Shown here in pieces: positions 27,627 through 36,005 of a stretch of DNA of 40,587 nucleotides. How positions within the stretch are numbered: the stretch's first letter is position 1; each line of letters starts with the position of its first letter. A model generated the notes under the pieces. That model worked only from the letters and a program-made list of their open reading frames with translations. It had not been told where the DNA came from and searched no databases. This stretch comes from an uncultured beta proteobacterium (GTDB lineage: Bacteria; Pseudomonadota; Gammaproteobacteria; Burkholderiales; Burkholderiaceae_C): assembly GCA_903948045.1 (NCBI GenBank), contig CAJAXU010000530.1, positions 1-40,587 of the forward strand. The letters are read 5' to 3'. The translations under genes were made by a program, and so were the position numbers.

Positions 27627-29090
27627 ATGAAGAATACAGAACTTTCCTTTGACATTGCCAGTGTTCCGACGGCCCTTTTTATCGGCGGCAAGTGGCAAGC
27701 CGGCTCCACCGGCAGAAAGATCGATGTCATTGACCCATCGACGGGTAATGTGATTGCTGCTGTTGCAGATGCGTCCGTACAGGATGGACTCGACGCGGTA
27801 CGGGTCGCCTATGCAGCCGGACCGGCATGGGCGGCGACGGCACCCAGAAAGCGCTCTGAAATTCTGCGTCGCTGCTTCGAGTTGATGATCGAACGCAAAG
27901 ACATGCTGGCGGAGCTGATTTCACTTGAGAATGGCAAAGCATTGAACGACGCCAGAGGCGAAGTGGCCTATGCGGCCGAATTCTTTCGATGGTTCTCTGA
28001 GGAGGCAGTGCGGCTAAATGGCGACATCTCGATCGCGCCGAGTGGCGCAAACAGAATCATCGTTGAACATCAACCGATCGGCGTTGCGGTGTTGGTCACG
28101 CCCTGGAACTTTCCAGCGGCTATGGCGACGCGCAAGATTGCGCCAGCCTTGGCCGCGGGCTGCACGGTCGTTCTGAAACCGGCTACCGAAACGCCATTGA
28201 CAGCCTACGCACTCGCTAAGTTGTACCAAGAGGCGGGTGTACCAGATGGCGTCGTCAATGTGATCACTACCTCGCGCTCGGGTGCGACGGTCAGCGCTAT
28301 GCTGCACGACTCCCGAGTGCGCAAACTCTCGTTCACTGGGTCTACCGAAGTTGGTCGCAAGCTGCTCCATGAAGCGGCCGACACGGTCATTTCTTGCTCA
28401 ATGGAGCTTGGAGGAAATGCGCCTTTCATTATTTTTGACGACGCAGACATCGATGCTGCCGTGGAGGGCGCGATGATCGCCAAGATGCGAAACGGGGGCG
28501 AGGCATGTACGGCTGCCAATCGCTTTTATGTTCAAGAAGGGATGCTGGACCAATTTTCGGTGCGATTGACCCAACGCATGGCCGGCCTGACAGTGGACAC
28601 CGGGTATGCCGAGTCAACTCAATGTGGACCACTGATTAATGCTGAAGCAGTGGAGCGAATCCATGGCTTGGTTCAGGATGCACTGCAACACGGTGCCCGT
28701 CTGCTGACGGGGGGAGCGCCACTGGATCGCCCTGGGTTTTACTATCCGCCAACCGTTCTGAGCAGTGTGCCGGTTGACGCTGTCATCACGCGAAGTGAGA
28801 TTTTTGGACCGGTGGCACCGATCATCGCATTCAAAACGGAGGAGGAAGCGATCAGGCTCGCCAATGACACCGAGTACGGATTGATCGCCTACGTTTACAC
28901 GAGGGATATCGCCAAAGGAATGCGCGTTTCAGGGAAACTCGAGTGCGGGATGGTTGGTCTAAATCGAGGCTTGGTGTCTGATCCGGCCGCGCCATTTGGC
29001 GGCACCAAGCAGAGTGGGCTTGGACGCGAGGGGGCTCACCACGGCATACTGGAGTTCTGCGAGACGAAGTACGTCGCGGTCAGCTGGTAA
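27627..29090 (+). CDS. NAD(P)-dependent aldehyde dehydrogenase, succinate-semialdehyde-dehydrogenase-like
   Basis: Motifs EFFRWFSEEA, PWNFPAAMATRKIAPALAAG, SFTGST, MELGGNAPF, RNGGEACTAANR, EIFGPV and FGGTKQSGLGREG. Confidence 0.92.
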   Translation: MKNTELSFDIASVPTALFIGGKWQAGSTGRKIDVIDPSTGNVIAAVADASVQDGLDAVRVAYAAGPAWAATAPRKRSEILRRCFELMIERKDMLAELISLENGKALNDARGEVAYAAEFFRWFSEEAVRLNGDISIAPSGANRIIVEHQPIGVAVLVTPWNFPAAMATRKIAPALAAGCTVVLKPATETPLTAYALAKLYQEAGVPDGVVNVITTSRSGATVSAMLHDSRVRKLSFTGSTEVGRKLLHEAADTVISCSMELGGNAPFIIFDDADIDAAVEGAMIAKMRNGGEACTAANRFYVQEGMLDQFSVRLTQRMAGLTVDTGYAESTQCGPLINAEAVERIHGLVQDALQHGARLLTGGAPLDRPGFYYPPTVLSSVPVDAVITRSEIFGPVAPIIAFKTEEEAIRLANDTEYGLIAYVYTRDIAKGMRVSGKLECGMVGLNRGLVSDPAAPFGGTKQSGLGREGAHHGILEFCETKYVAVSW

Positions 29091-29142
29091 AACCCGTGCA
29101 AAATCTGCCACCCAACAGAAAACGATCAACGAGGAACAGAAC

Positions 29143-30261
29143 TTGAAAATTACCAAAGTAGACGCCTTCCAGCTGAGCTGGGACCTGTCTGGAAAGGGCG
29201 CCCGTAGTGCGTTTGTGCGTATTGAGACCGAGGATGGTGCCTTCGGGCTTGGCGAGGCATCGCCCATGCAAGGGGGGCTGGCGTCCCTGGTCATCATTGC
29301 CAATGACATGGCACCTTACTTGGTTGGCAAAGACCTCTTCGACCACGCGGTACTGCTGGACACGCTGCTCCACAAGTGCATCAAGCTCGGGCCCGATGGG
29401 GCTGTGACCGGCGCGCTGGCTGCTCTGGATATCGCCCTGTGGGACCTCAAGGGCAAGCTGGCAGGGCAGCCCCTTTACAAGCTGCTTGGGGGTGCTTGGC
29501 GCACGAGTCTGACCTGCTATTCGTCAATTGGTGGGAACGCGCACCGCACAGTCGCTGAGGTGGTCGATATCGTGCAGCGACGCGTTGAAAAAGAGCAGCC
29601 AGCGGCAGTCAAGATTCGGTGGGATGGCGACCGAACCCGCCAGGACGTCGACATCGCCGGTGACATCGCCAAGGCCCGGGCCGTACGAAAGGCCCTGGGT
29701 GACGACTTCGTCCTGGGCTTCGATGCTAACAACGGGTACTCAGTCGGTGGGGCCATGCGGGTGGGCCGCGTGCTAGAAGAACTCAACTACACATGGTTCG
29801 AGGAGCCTGTCCAGCACTACCACGTGGCGGCCATGGGCGAGGTTGCGCAGCGTCTGGACATCACGGTATCGGCAGGCGAGCAGACCTACACGCTGCAAGG
29901 CCTGAAAGACCTGATCAACGCGGGTGTACGCATGGTGCAACCGGACATCGTCAAGATGGGCGGCATCACCGGGATGATGCAATGCGCCGCCGTGGCGCAC
30001 GCGCATGGCGTGGAGCTGGTGCCACACCAGACCCAGCCCTCGGTGGGGCATCTGGCCAACATGCACCTGATGTCTACTATCATGCATTTGGGCAAGCCAG
30101 TAGAGCTGGCCGACGGCTGGGAACGGGCTGATGCCGTATTCAAGAACCCTTCGCGCCCGGTCAATGGGCGTTTCGAACTGCCCACTTTGCCAGGGCTCGG
30201 CATGGAGTTTGACGAGGTGGAAATGAAGAAACGCAGTATCCCCGTCACCCGCTCGGCATGA
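29143..30261 (+). CDS. Mandelate racemase/muconate lactonising enzyme family (enolase superfamily)
   Basis: TTG start after a GAGG RBS. Motifs ALDIALWDLKGK..GQPLYKLLGG, metal ligands DANN / FEEP / AGEQ, QPD, PHQ and PGLG. Confidence 0.92.
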   Translation: MKITKVDAFQLSWDLSGKGARSAFVRIETEDGAFGLGEASPMQGGLASLVIIANDMAPYLVGKDLFDHAVLLDTLLHKCIKLGPDGAVTGALAALDIALWDLKGKLAGQPLYKLLGGAWRTSLTCYSSIGGNAHRTVAEVVDIVQRRVEKEQPAAVKIRWDGDRTRQDVDIAGDIAKARAVRKALGDDFVLGFDANNGYSVGGAMRVGRVLEELNYTWFEEPVQHYHVAAMGEVAQRLDITVSAGEQTYTLQGLKDLINAGVRMVQPDIVKMGGITGMMQCAAVAHAHGVELVPHQTQPSVGHLANMHLMSTIMHLGKPVELADGWERADAVFKNPSRPVNGRFELPTLPGLGMEFDEVEMKKRSIPVTRSA

Positions 30262-30283
30262 TCTAAACCACCAGGAGATAACG

Positions 30284-31876
30284 ATGACCGTATCCAGAAG
30301 AAGTTTTGTACAAAAGACCTCCGCTGCTGCCGCCACCTTGGGCGCGCCCGCGCTGTTCGCGCAGTCTGCCAGCCCCATTTCAATCGCGCTGGCGTCGCGC
30401 GCCCCGACCACCCTCAACCCATTCCAGCCTGGCCGCACCGGCGGCGACAACTGGGGCATTTTCCAGGTCTTCGATTCGCTGGTCACCTCGCCCAACGGCA
30501 CCTTCGCCATCCGACCGCAGGACTTTAGGCCCCTGCTGGCCGAAAGCTTCACCACGTCACCGGACGCCAAGACCTGGACCTACAAGCTGCGTCGCGGTGT
30601 GCAGTTCCACAAAGGGTTCGGTGAAATGACGTCGGAGGACGTGGTCTTCACGTACATGCGCAACCTCGATCCGAAGATCGTCACCTTCAACAAGCAGGTG
30701 TTCTCCAACATCGAATCCGTCACGGCCGAGGACAAATACACGGTCGTCATCAAACTCAAGCGGCCCGATCCGCTGTTTAACGGTGGCGGCGTGGCGGTGG
30801 CGTTCATCGTCAGTCGCAAGGCCTTCGAGCAGTTGGGCAACAACGGCTTCGAGACGGCTCCGATCGGCACCGGACCGTACCAAGTGGATTCTTTCAGCGC
30901 GACCGATGGCGTGCATCTGAGCGCCTTCCCGGGCTACTTCGGCGGGCCGGCCGCCACCAAGAACCTGCACATCCGTTTCATCGCCGACACCACCGCGCGA
31001 ACGCTGGCCTTCGCGTCCGGGCAGGTGGATATGATCGAAGGCGTACGCGCACCCGGTTGGATTCCCTCGATGCAGCAGCGCTCGCCCAAGACCATCTTCG
31101 ACGCCACGGCGCCGGGAAGCTTCAACCTGCTGCACCTCAACATCAACCGTGCGCCGCTCAACGACGTGCGCGTGCGGCAGGCCATCCGCCTGTGCATCAA
31201 CGCCGACCAGATCACCGCGGCATACAAGGGCATGGCCACGCCCATGGTGGGCATCATTGCGTCCCAATTTGCCGGCTCCGTCAAGAAGCAGGACCTGCCG
31301 CCCGAACTCCAATACAACCACGACCCCAAGAAAGCCAAGGCGCTGCTGGCCGAAGCCGGTCACCCAAACGGCGTGACGATTCCTTGCTTCACCAGCCAGC
31401 GCGAAGACTACGCGTCGATCATGCTGATTATTCAAGAGCAGTTGCGCGCGGGCGGCATCAATCTCGATCTCAAGGTCATTGATCATGCGACCATGCATGC
31501 TGAGAACCGGAAGGATCGTAATTCCATCATTTTGTATTCGTCCAGCTTTCCCCCGGTGCCCACGCAGCCCTTCCAGCTGCTGCTGGCGCGAGGTGCGGAG
31601 GTTAAGGCGGATGGCACCGGAGCGGACAACTTCAGCCACTACGGTGCCGCCATACCCGGCCTGGACACCTTGATCGAAAAGGCCCAGGACGAGCCGGACT
31701 TCACCAAGCGCGTGGCACTCATCCAATTCCTCGAGAAACAGGTTCTTCGCGACCTTCCTCTGCTTGGTATCTGTACGCTGTCTTACGTCATTGCACGCAA
31801 CCCTCGCGTGGACCTCGGCTTTCCGGTGAAGTCTGGCTACGCCTATTGGCGCCTCGACAAAGCCAAGCGCGTGTAG
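30284..31876 (+). CDS. ABC substrate-binding protein, family 5 (DppA/OppA-like), Tat signal
   Basis: Signal MTVSRRSFV. Motifs PLLAESF..SPDAKTWTYKLRRGVQFHKG, PIGTGPY, DVRVRQAI and KAKALLAEAG. Confidence 0.93.
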   Translation: MTVSRRSFVQKTSAAAATLGAPALFAQSASPISIALASRAPTTLNPFQPGRTGGDNWGIFQVFDSLVTSPNGTFAIRPQDFRPLLAESFTTSPDAKTWTYKLRRGVQFHKGFGEMTSEDVVFTYMRNLDPKIVTFNKQVFSNIESVTAEDKYTVVIKLKRPDPLFNGGGVAVAFIVSRKAFEQLGNNGFETAPIGTGPYQVDSFSATDGVHLSAFPGYFGGPAATKNLHIRFIADTTARTLAFASGQVDMIEGVRAPGWIPSMQQRSPKTIFDATAPGSFNLLHLNINRAPLNDVRVRQAIRLCINADQITAAYKGMATPMVGIIASQFAGSVKKQDLPPELQYNHDPKKAKALLAEAGHPNGVTIPCFTSQREDYASIMLIIQEQLRAGGINLDLKVIDHATMHAENRKDRNSIILYSSSFPPVPTQPFQLLLARGAEVKADGTGADNFSHYGAAIPGLDTLIEKAQDEPDFTKRVALIQFLEKQVLRDLPLLGICTLSYVIARNPRVDLGFPVKSGYAYWRLDKAKRV

Positions 31877-32827
31877 GTGCGAGCGGACATGTTACGAACC
31901 GTCGGAGCGCGGCTGCTCGATGTGGTGCCCACGGTGCTGCTGGTGTTGACGCTGGTTTTCATTGCGCTGCGCCTGCTGCCCGGCGATCCTGCGGCCGTAG
32001 CGCTTGGCGATTACGCGACGCCCGAGCAACTGAAGTTGTTCCGTGAGCAGATGGGTCTGAACCTGCCGCTGTGGCACCAGTACTTCGACTTCTTGTGGAA
32101 CATGCTGACGCTGGACTTCGGCCAGTCGCTGGTGGACCGCACCTCGGTGCTGCACGTGATCGCGGTCAACCTGCCCTACACCATCGAACTGACGCTGGTG
32201 GCCACTGCGATGGGCCTACTTTTCGGTATCCCGTTGGGGGTGCTCGCTGCGGTCCATCGCGGCAAATTGCCAGATGCCGGCGTGCGTGGGTTCTCGCTGA
32301 TCGGATACGCCATTCCCGACTTCTATCTCGGTGCACTTTTCTTGATCGTATTTGCGCTGAACCTGGGGTGGTTCCCGATCAACGGGGGCGGCACTGGATT
32401 TCTGGATCGCATGTACCACGTCTTCCTGCCAGCAGTGACGTTGGCCATGGTCAAGACCGCGTTTCTCGCTAGGTTGACGCGAACCTCCCTGCTGGAGGTG
32501 CTCGGCAAGGACTACGTGCGAACGGCGCGCGCCAAAGGCGCACGCGAGCCCCGCGTCATCTACCGGCACGCGCTGCGCAATGCGCTGCTGCCGGTGACCT
32601 CTGGTCTGGGCCTGAGCCTCCTGGCCACCTTGTCTGGTTCGGTCGCTATCGAACTGGTTTTTAATCGGCCCGGCATCGGGGAGGTTCTTATCAGCGCCAT
32701 TGCCAAACGCGACTACCCGGTCGTGCAGGGCGGGGTGGTGGTGTTCGCCGCCTTCGTGGTACTCATCAATCTGCTCGTCGACCTGGCCTACGTGATCGTC
32801 GATCCGAGAATCCGGGTGAAGCTATGA
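31877..32827 (+). CDS. Peptide/nickel-type ABC permease (DppB-like)
   Basis: Motifs LPGDPA, DYVRTARAKG, HALRNA, RDYPVVQG and DPRIR. Start GTG 31877 or ATG 31889. Confidence 0.93.
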   Translation: MRADMLRTVGARLLDVVPTVLLVLTLVFIALRLLPGDPAAVALGDYATPEQLKLFREQMGLNLPLWHQYFDFLWNMLTLDFGQSLVDRTSVLHVIAVNLPYTIELTLVATAMGLLFGIPLGVLAAVHRGKLPDAGVRGFSLIGYAIPDFYLGALFLIVFALNLGWFPINGGGTGFLDRMYHVFLPAVTLAMVKTAFLARLTRTSLLEVLGKDYVRTARAKGAREPRVIYRHALRNALLPVTSGLGLSLLATLSGSVAIELVFNRPGIGEVLISAIAKRDYPVVQGGVVVFAAFVVLINLLVDLAYVIVDPRIRVKL

Positions 32828-33711
32828 GCGTTGCAACCACCGTCGATGTGGCGCTCGAAGCGGCGCCGGAAGCGCCCCGCCTGGACTTACTGCGGCGCAT
32901 TTTCTTCGGCCGTACCTCGACGATCACGGCCACGATCATCATCGTCGCGTTCATCGCGGTCGCCATCTTCGCGCCGCAGCTCGCGCCTTACGATCCGCTG
33001 GCCCAGAGTTATCTTGCGATCAACGCCTTGCCGACCAGCGAGCATTGGCTGGGCACCGACCAGCTCGGGCGCGATGTGTTTTCGCGGCTGATCCACGGGT
33101 CGCGCAACTCGCTCATCTTCGGCTTGATCGCGCCCACGCTCGCCGCTTTTTTCGGCACGCTGCTGGGGGTAGTGGCTGGGTATTTCGGCGGCATCGTTGA
33201 CCGGCTGGTTACCCGCGTGATTGACCTGCTTCTGGCCTTTCCTGAGTTACTGCTGGCGATCATGATCGCCGCCGCGCTGGGTGGTGGCTTTTGGAGCGTC
33301 GTGACGGTGTTGACCATCGCTTTCGTCCCAGGCTTCGCGCGAGTGGCCCGAGCCTCCACGCTTGCCGTTAAGCAAGAGCCCTACGTGGAGGCAGCGGTGG
33401 CTGCTGGCGTCACCACGCCGAAGATCATCCTGCGCCACGTGCTTCCCAACATCGCGGCGCCCATCGTGGTGCTGATGACGCTCTGGGTCGCGTCGGCTAT
33501 CCGGCTGGAGGCGTCTCTAAGCTTCCTCGGCATCGGTACGCAACCACCCAACCCCAGCTGGGGCAACATCATCCGCGACGGCCTGGGCAATATTTTCGGT
33601 TCGCCCTGGGCCATCATCGGGGCGGGTCTCGCCATCAGCGTCGTGGTGCTCGCCTTCAATCTGATCGGCGACGCGACCCGCGACGTGCTCGATCCGGACA
33701 CCGCGCAATGA
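32824..33711 (+). CDS. Peptide/nickel-type ABC permease (DppC-like)
   Basis: Motifs HWLGTDQLGRDVFSR, YVEAA, HVLPN, LSFLGIG, PSWG and NLIGD. Confidence 0.93.
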   Translation: MSVATTVDVALEAAPEAPRLDLLRRIFFGRTSTITATIIIVAFIAVAIFAPQLAPYDPLAQSYLAINALPTSEHWLGTDQLGRDVFSRLIHGSRNSLIFGLIAPTLAAFFGTLLGVVAGYFGGIVDRLVTRVIDLLLAFPELLLAIMIAAALGGGFWSVVTVLTIAFVPGFARVARASTLAVKQEPYVEAAVAAGVTTPKIILRHVLPNIAAPIVVLMTLWVASAIRLEASLSFLGIGTQPPNPSWGNIIRDGLGNIFGSPWAIIGAGLAISVVVLAFNLIGDATRDVLDPDTAQ

Positions 33712-34688
33712 CGGTACCGCTGCTGAAAGTCGAAGATCTGGCGGTCGAGTTCGGCACCGGAAGCAGGGCCGTGCGTGCGGTCGATGGCGTGTCTTTCGAG
33801 ATCGCCTCTGGTGGCGCAGTGGGCATCGTCGGAGAGTCCGGTTCGGGTAAGTCTGTTACTGCGCTGGCTATCCTGCGCCTTATTCCCGACCCACCCGGGC
33901 GCGTCGTGCGGGGCCGCGTCGAGTTCAACGGCGTGAACTTGCTTGATCTGCCGATGGCTAAGATGCCGGACATCCGGGGTCGCGATATCGCCATGATTTT
34001 CCAGGAGCCGATGAGTTCGCTCAATCCGCTCATGACCATCGGGGACCAGATCGGCGAAGCCCTGATGCTTCACGCCTTGCTCGATGCGGACGCACGACGG
34101 CAACGCGTCATTGAGGTGTTGAGTCTTGTCGGTATGCCAGACCCAGCGGGGCGCATAGGCGCATACCCGCACCAGTTTTCCGGCGGCATGCGGCAGAGAG
34201 TGATGATTGCCATGGCCTTGTCCTGCAGTCCCAAGTTGTTGATTGCCGATGAGCCGACGACGGCATTGGATGTCACCATCCAGGCCCAGGTGCTGGACCT
34301 CATGAAGAAAGTCCGTTCCGCGACGAAAACTGCCATCTTGTTGATATCGCACGACATGGGCGTCATTGCCGATGTCTGTGAGAGAGTGATCGTCATGTAT
34401 GCCGGCCACATCGTCGAAGATGGTGACACGCGGTCGGTCTTCCGCAACCCGAGCCATCCCTACACCCGTGGTCTATTGGATTCGATCCCTCGACTCAAGG
34501 ACGATCGTGAGCGTCTGTTTCAAATCCCGGGCATGGTGCCGATGCCGGGTTCGGTCAAGCAGGGTTGTCCCTTCTACGCTCGTTGTTCATTGCGGGTCGA
34601 CATATGCGCCAAGGCGATGCCCGGCATGACTCGTTTTGGTGAGCACCATCAGGCCGCATGTTGGGTGACAGGGGAGGGTGCCAAATGA
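33708..34688 (+). CDS. Peptide ABC ATP-binding protein (DppD-like)
   Basis: Motifs GESGSGKS, YPHQFSGGMRQR, ADEPTTALD, HPYT and C-terminal CPF..RC...C...C. Confidence 0.95.
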   Translation: MTVPLLKVEDLAVEFGTGSRAVRAVDGVSFEIASGGAVGIVGESGSGKSVTALAILRLIPDPPGRVVRGRVEFNGVNLLDLPMAKMPDIRGRDIAMIFQEPMSSLNPLMTIGDQIGEALMLHALLDADARRQRVIEVLSLVGMPDPAGRIGAYPHQFSGGMRQRVMIAMALSCSPKLLIADEPTTALDVTIQAQVLDLMKKVRSATKTAILLISHDMGVIADVCERVIVMYAGHIVEDGDTRSVFRNPSHPYTRGLLDSIPRLKDDRERLFQIPGMVPMPGSVKQGCPFYARCSLRVDICAKAMPGMTRFGEHHQAACWVTGEGAK

Positions 34689-35677
34689 GCGAACCCTTGC
34701 TCCGGGCTGAAAACCTTGGTAAAACATTTGGCGGTGGTGGCGGCTTTTCAATGCGCGCCAAGCAACCAGGCGTGCGTGCCGTCGATGGTGTGAGCTTTTC
34801 CATTGAACGCGGCGAGACATTGGCCGTGGTTGGGGAATCAGGCTGCGGCAAGTCCACGATGGGGCGGCTATTGTTGCGGCTGATCGACGCGACGGATGGC
34901 AATGTGTTCTTTGAGGGCACTGACATCAACGCCCTGTCCCAGAGCGAGATGCGCCAAATGCGGCGCAAAGCGCAGATGGTATTTCAGGACCCGTACGGTT
35001 CTTTGAGCCCCCGCAGGAGCATCGTCGATATTGTGGCCGAGCCGCTGGAGGCGTTCGGAATGGTTCGCAACCAACGTGACAAGCGTGAACGGGTTGCAGA
35101 GCTGCTAACCCAGGTTGGTCTGCCCGCAAGCATCATGGACCGCAACCCGCGTCAGTTTTCAGGTGGGCAACGCCAACGCATCGGCATTGCACGCGCTATT
35201 TCGGTGGACCCCAGTTTCATCGTCGCTGACGAACCCGTTTCGGCGCTGGACGTCTCGGTTCAGGCGCAGGTCGTCAACTTGCTTCAGGACCTGCAAGACA
35301 AAAAGAATTTTTCTTATCTGTTTATTGCGCACGATTTAGCCGTGGTTCGCCACATCGCAGATCGTGTCATGGTGATGTACCTCGGCCGAGTTGTGGAGAT
35401 CGGCCCCAAGCGTCAGATCTATACCGTCCCACAGCATCCCTACACACAAGCCCTGTTGTCAGCCGCTCCTGAGCCCGACCCGGATGTGCGCGTCAAGCGC
35501 ATCATTCTCGAGGGCGACGTGCCGAGCGCAACTCGCGTGCCCACCGGTTGCGCATTCCATACCCGATGCCCGCTGGTGCAACCCATCTGCAAGGCCCAGC
35601 GACCTGAGCTTCGTGAAGTGGCACCCGGTCAAAGTGCGGCCTGTCATTTCGCAGTACCGAACCCGATTGCAGTCTGA
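34685..35677 (+). CDS. Peptide ABC ATP-binding protein (DppF-like)
   Basis: Motifs GESGCGKST, FSGGQRQR, DEPVSALD, HPYT, GCAFHTRCP and ACH. ATGA overlap at the start. Confidence 0.95.
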   Translation: MSEPLLRAENLGKTFGGGGGFSMRAKQPGVRAVDGVSFSIERGETLAVVGESGCGKSTMGRLLLRLIDATDGNVFFEGTDINALSQSEMRQMRRKAQMVFQDPYGSLSPRRSIVDIVAEPLEAFGMVRNQRDKRERVAELLTQVGLPASIMDRNPRQFSGGQRQRIGIARAISVDPSFIVADEPVSALDVSVQAQVVNLLQDLQDKKNFSYLFIAHDLAVVRHIADRVMVMYLGRVVEIGPKRQIYTVPQHPYTQALLSAAPEPDPDVRVKRIILEGDVPSATRVPTGCAFHTRCPLVQPICKAQRPELREVAPGQSAACHFAVPNPIAV

Positions 35678-35888
35678 ACTTTAGGCCATTGGCTCTGGGC
35701 TGAGGCGGGGGCATGATCTCGCTGCTGGCGCAGCGCCGGCTGAACTGATGATGGCAGGCGCCTTCTCGCACCACGCTGGCACCCCCGTGGCCGCGTCATC
35801 ATCAAAACGTCCCAAACGTGACGGGTCACGTTGCACCTTGAGACGGCGGCTTGCCGAAGTGCGGGCGTGATCCTGCAGAATTAATAAG

Positions 35889-35942
35889 AAATAGGGCTCT
35901 AGCCCCCATGGAATATGACGCAGTCGCTATCAAATTTGAAGC
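35889..35942 (+). repeat. Dispersed intergenic REP-like repeat, copy 3
   Basis: AAATAGGGCTCTAGCCC-N20-GCTATCAAATTTGAAGC. Confidence 0.75.
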
Positions 35943-36005
35943 TTTAGGTTGCCATCCCGGTTGGCAAGGCTTGCGTGCAGCCCACCAGGACGATGGCCAA
36001 CCCCT

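Noticed and set aside
30557-34457. Long minus-strand ORFs (389 aa and 358 aa)
   Set aside because: Antisense shadows of well-supported ABC transporter genes.
35815-35832. CRP/FNR site
   Set aside because: The GTGA and TCAC half-sites are 4 nt apart rather than 6, there is no TTGAT/ATCAA, and the site lies between convergent genes.
6810-35942. Repeat copies as a CRISPR array or integron attC cassettes
   Set aside because: The copies are 10-19 kb apart, no cas or integrase gene is present, and I saw no attC-type RYYYAAC/GTTRRRY ends.
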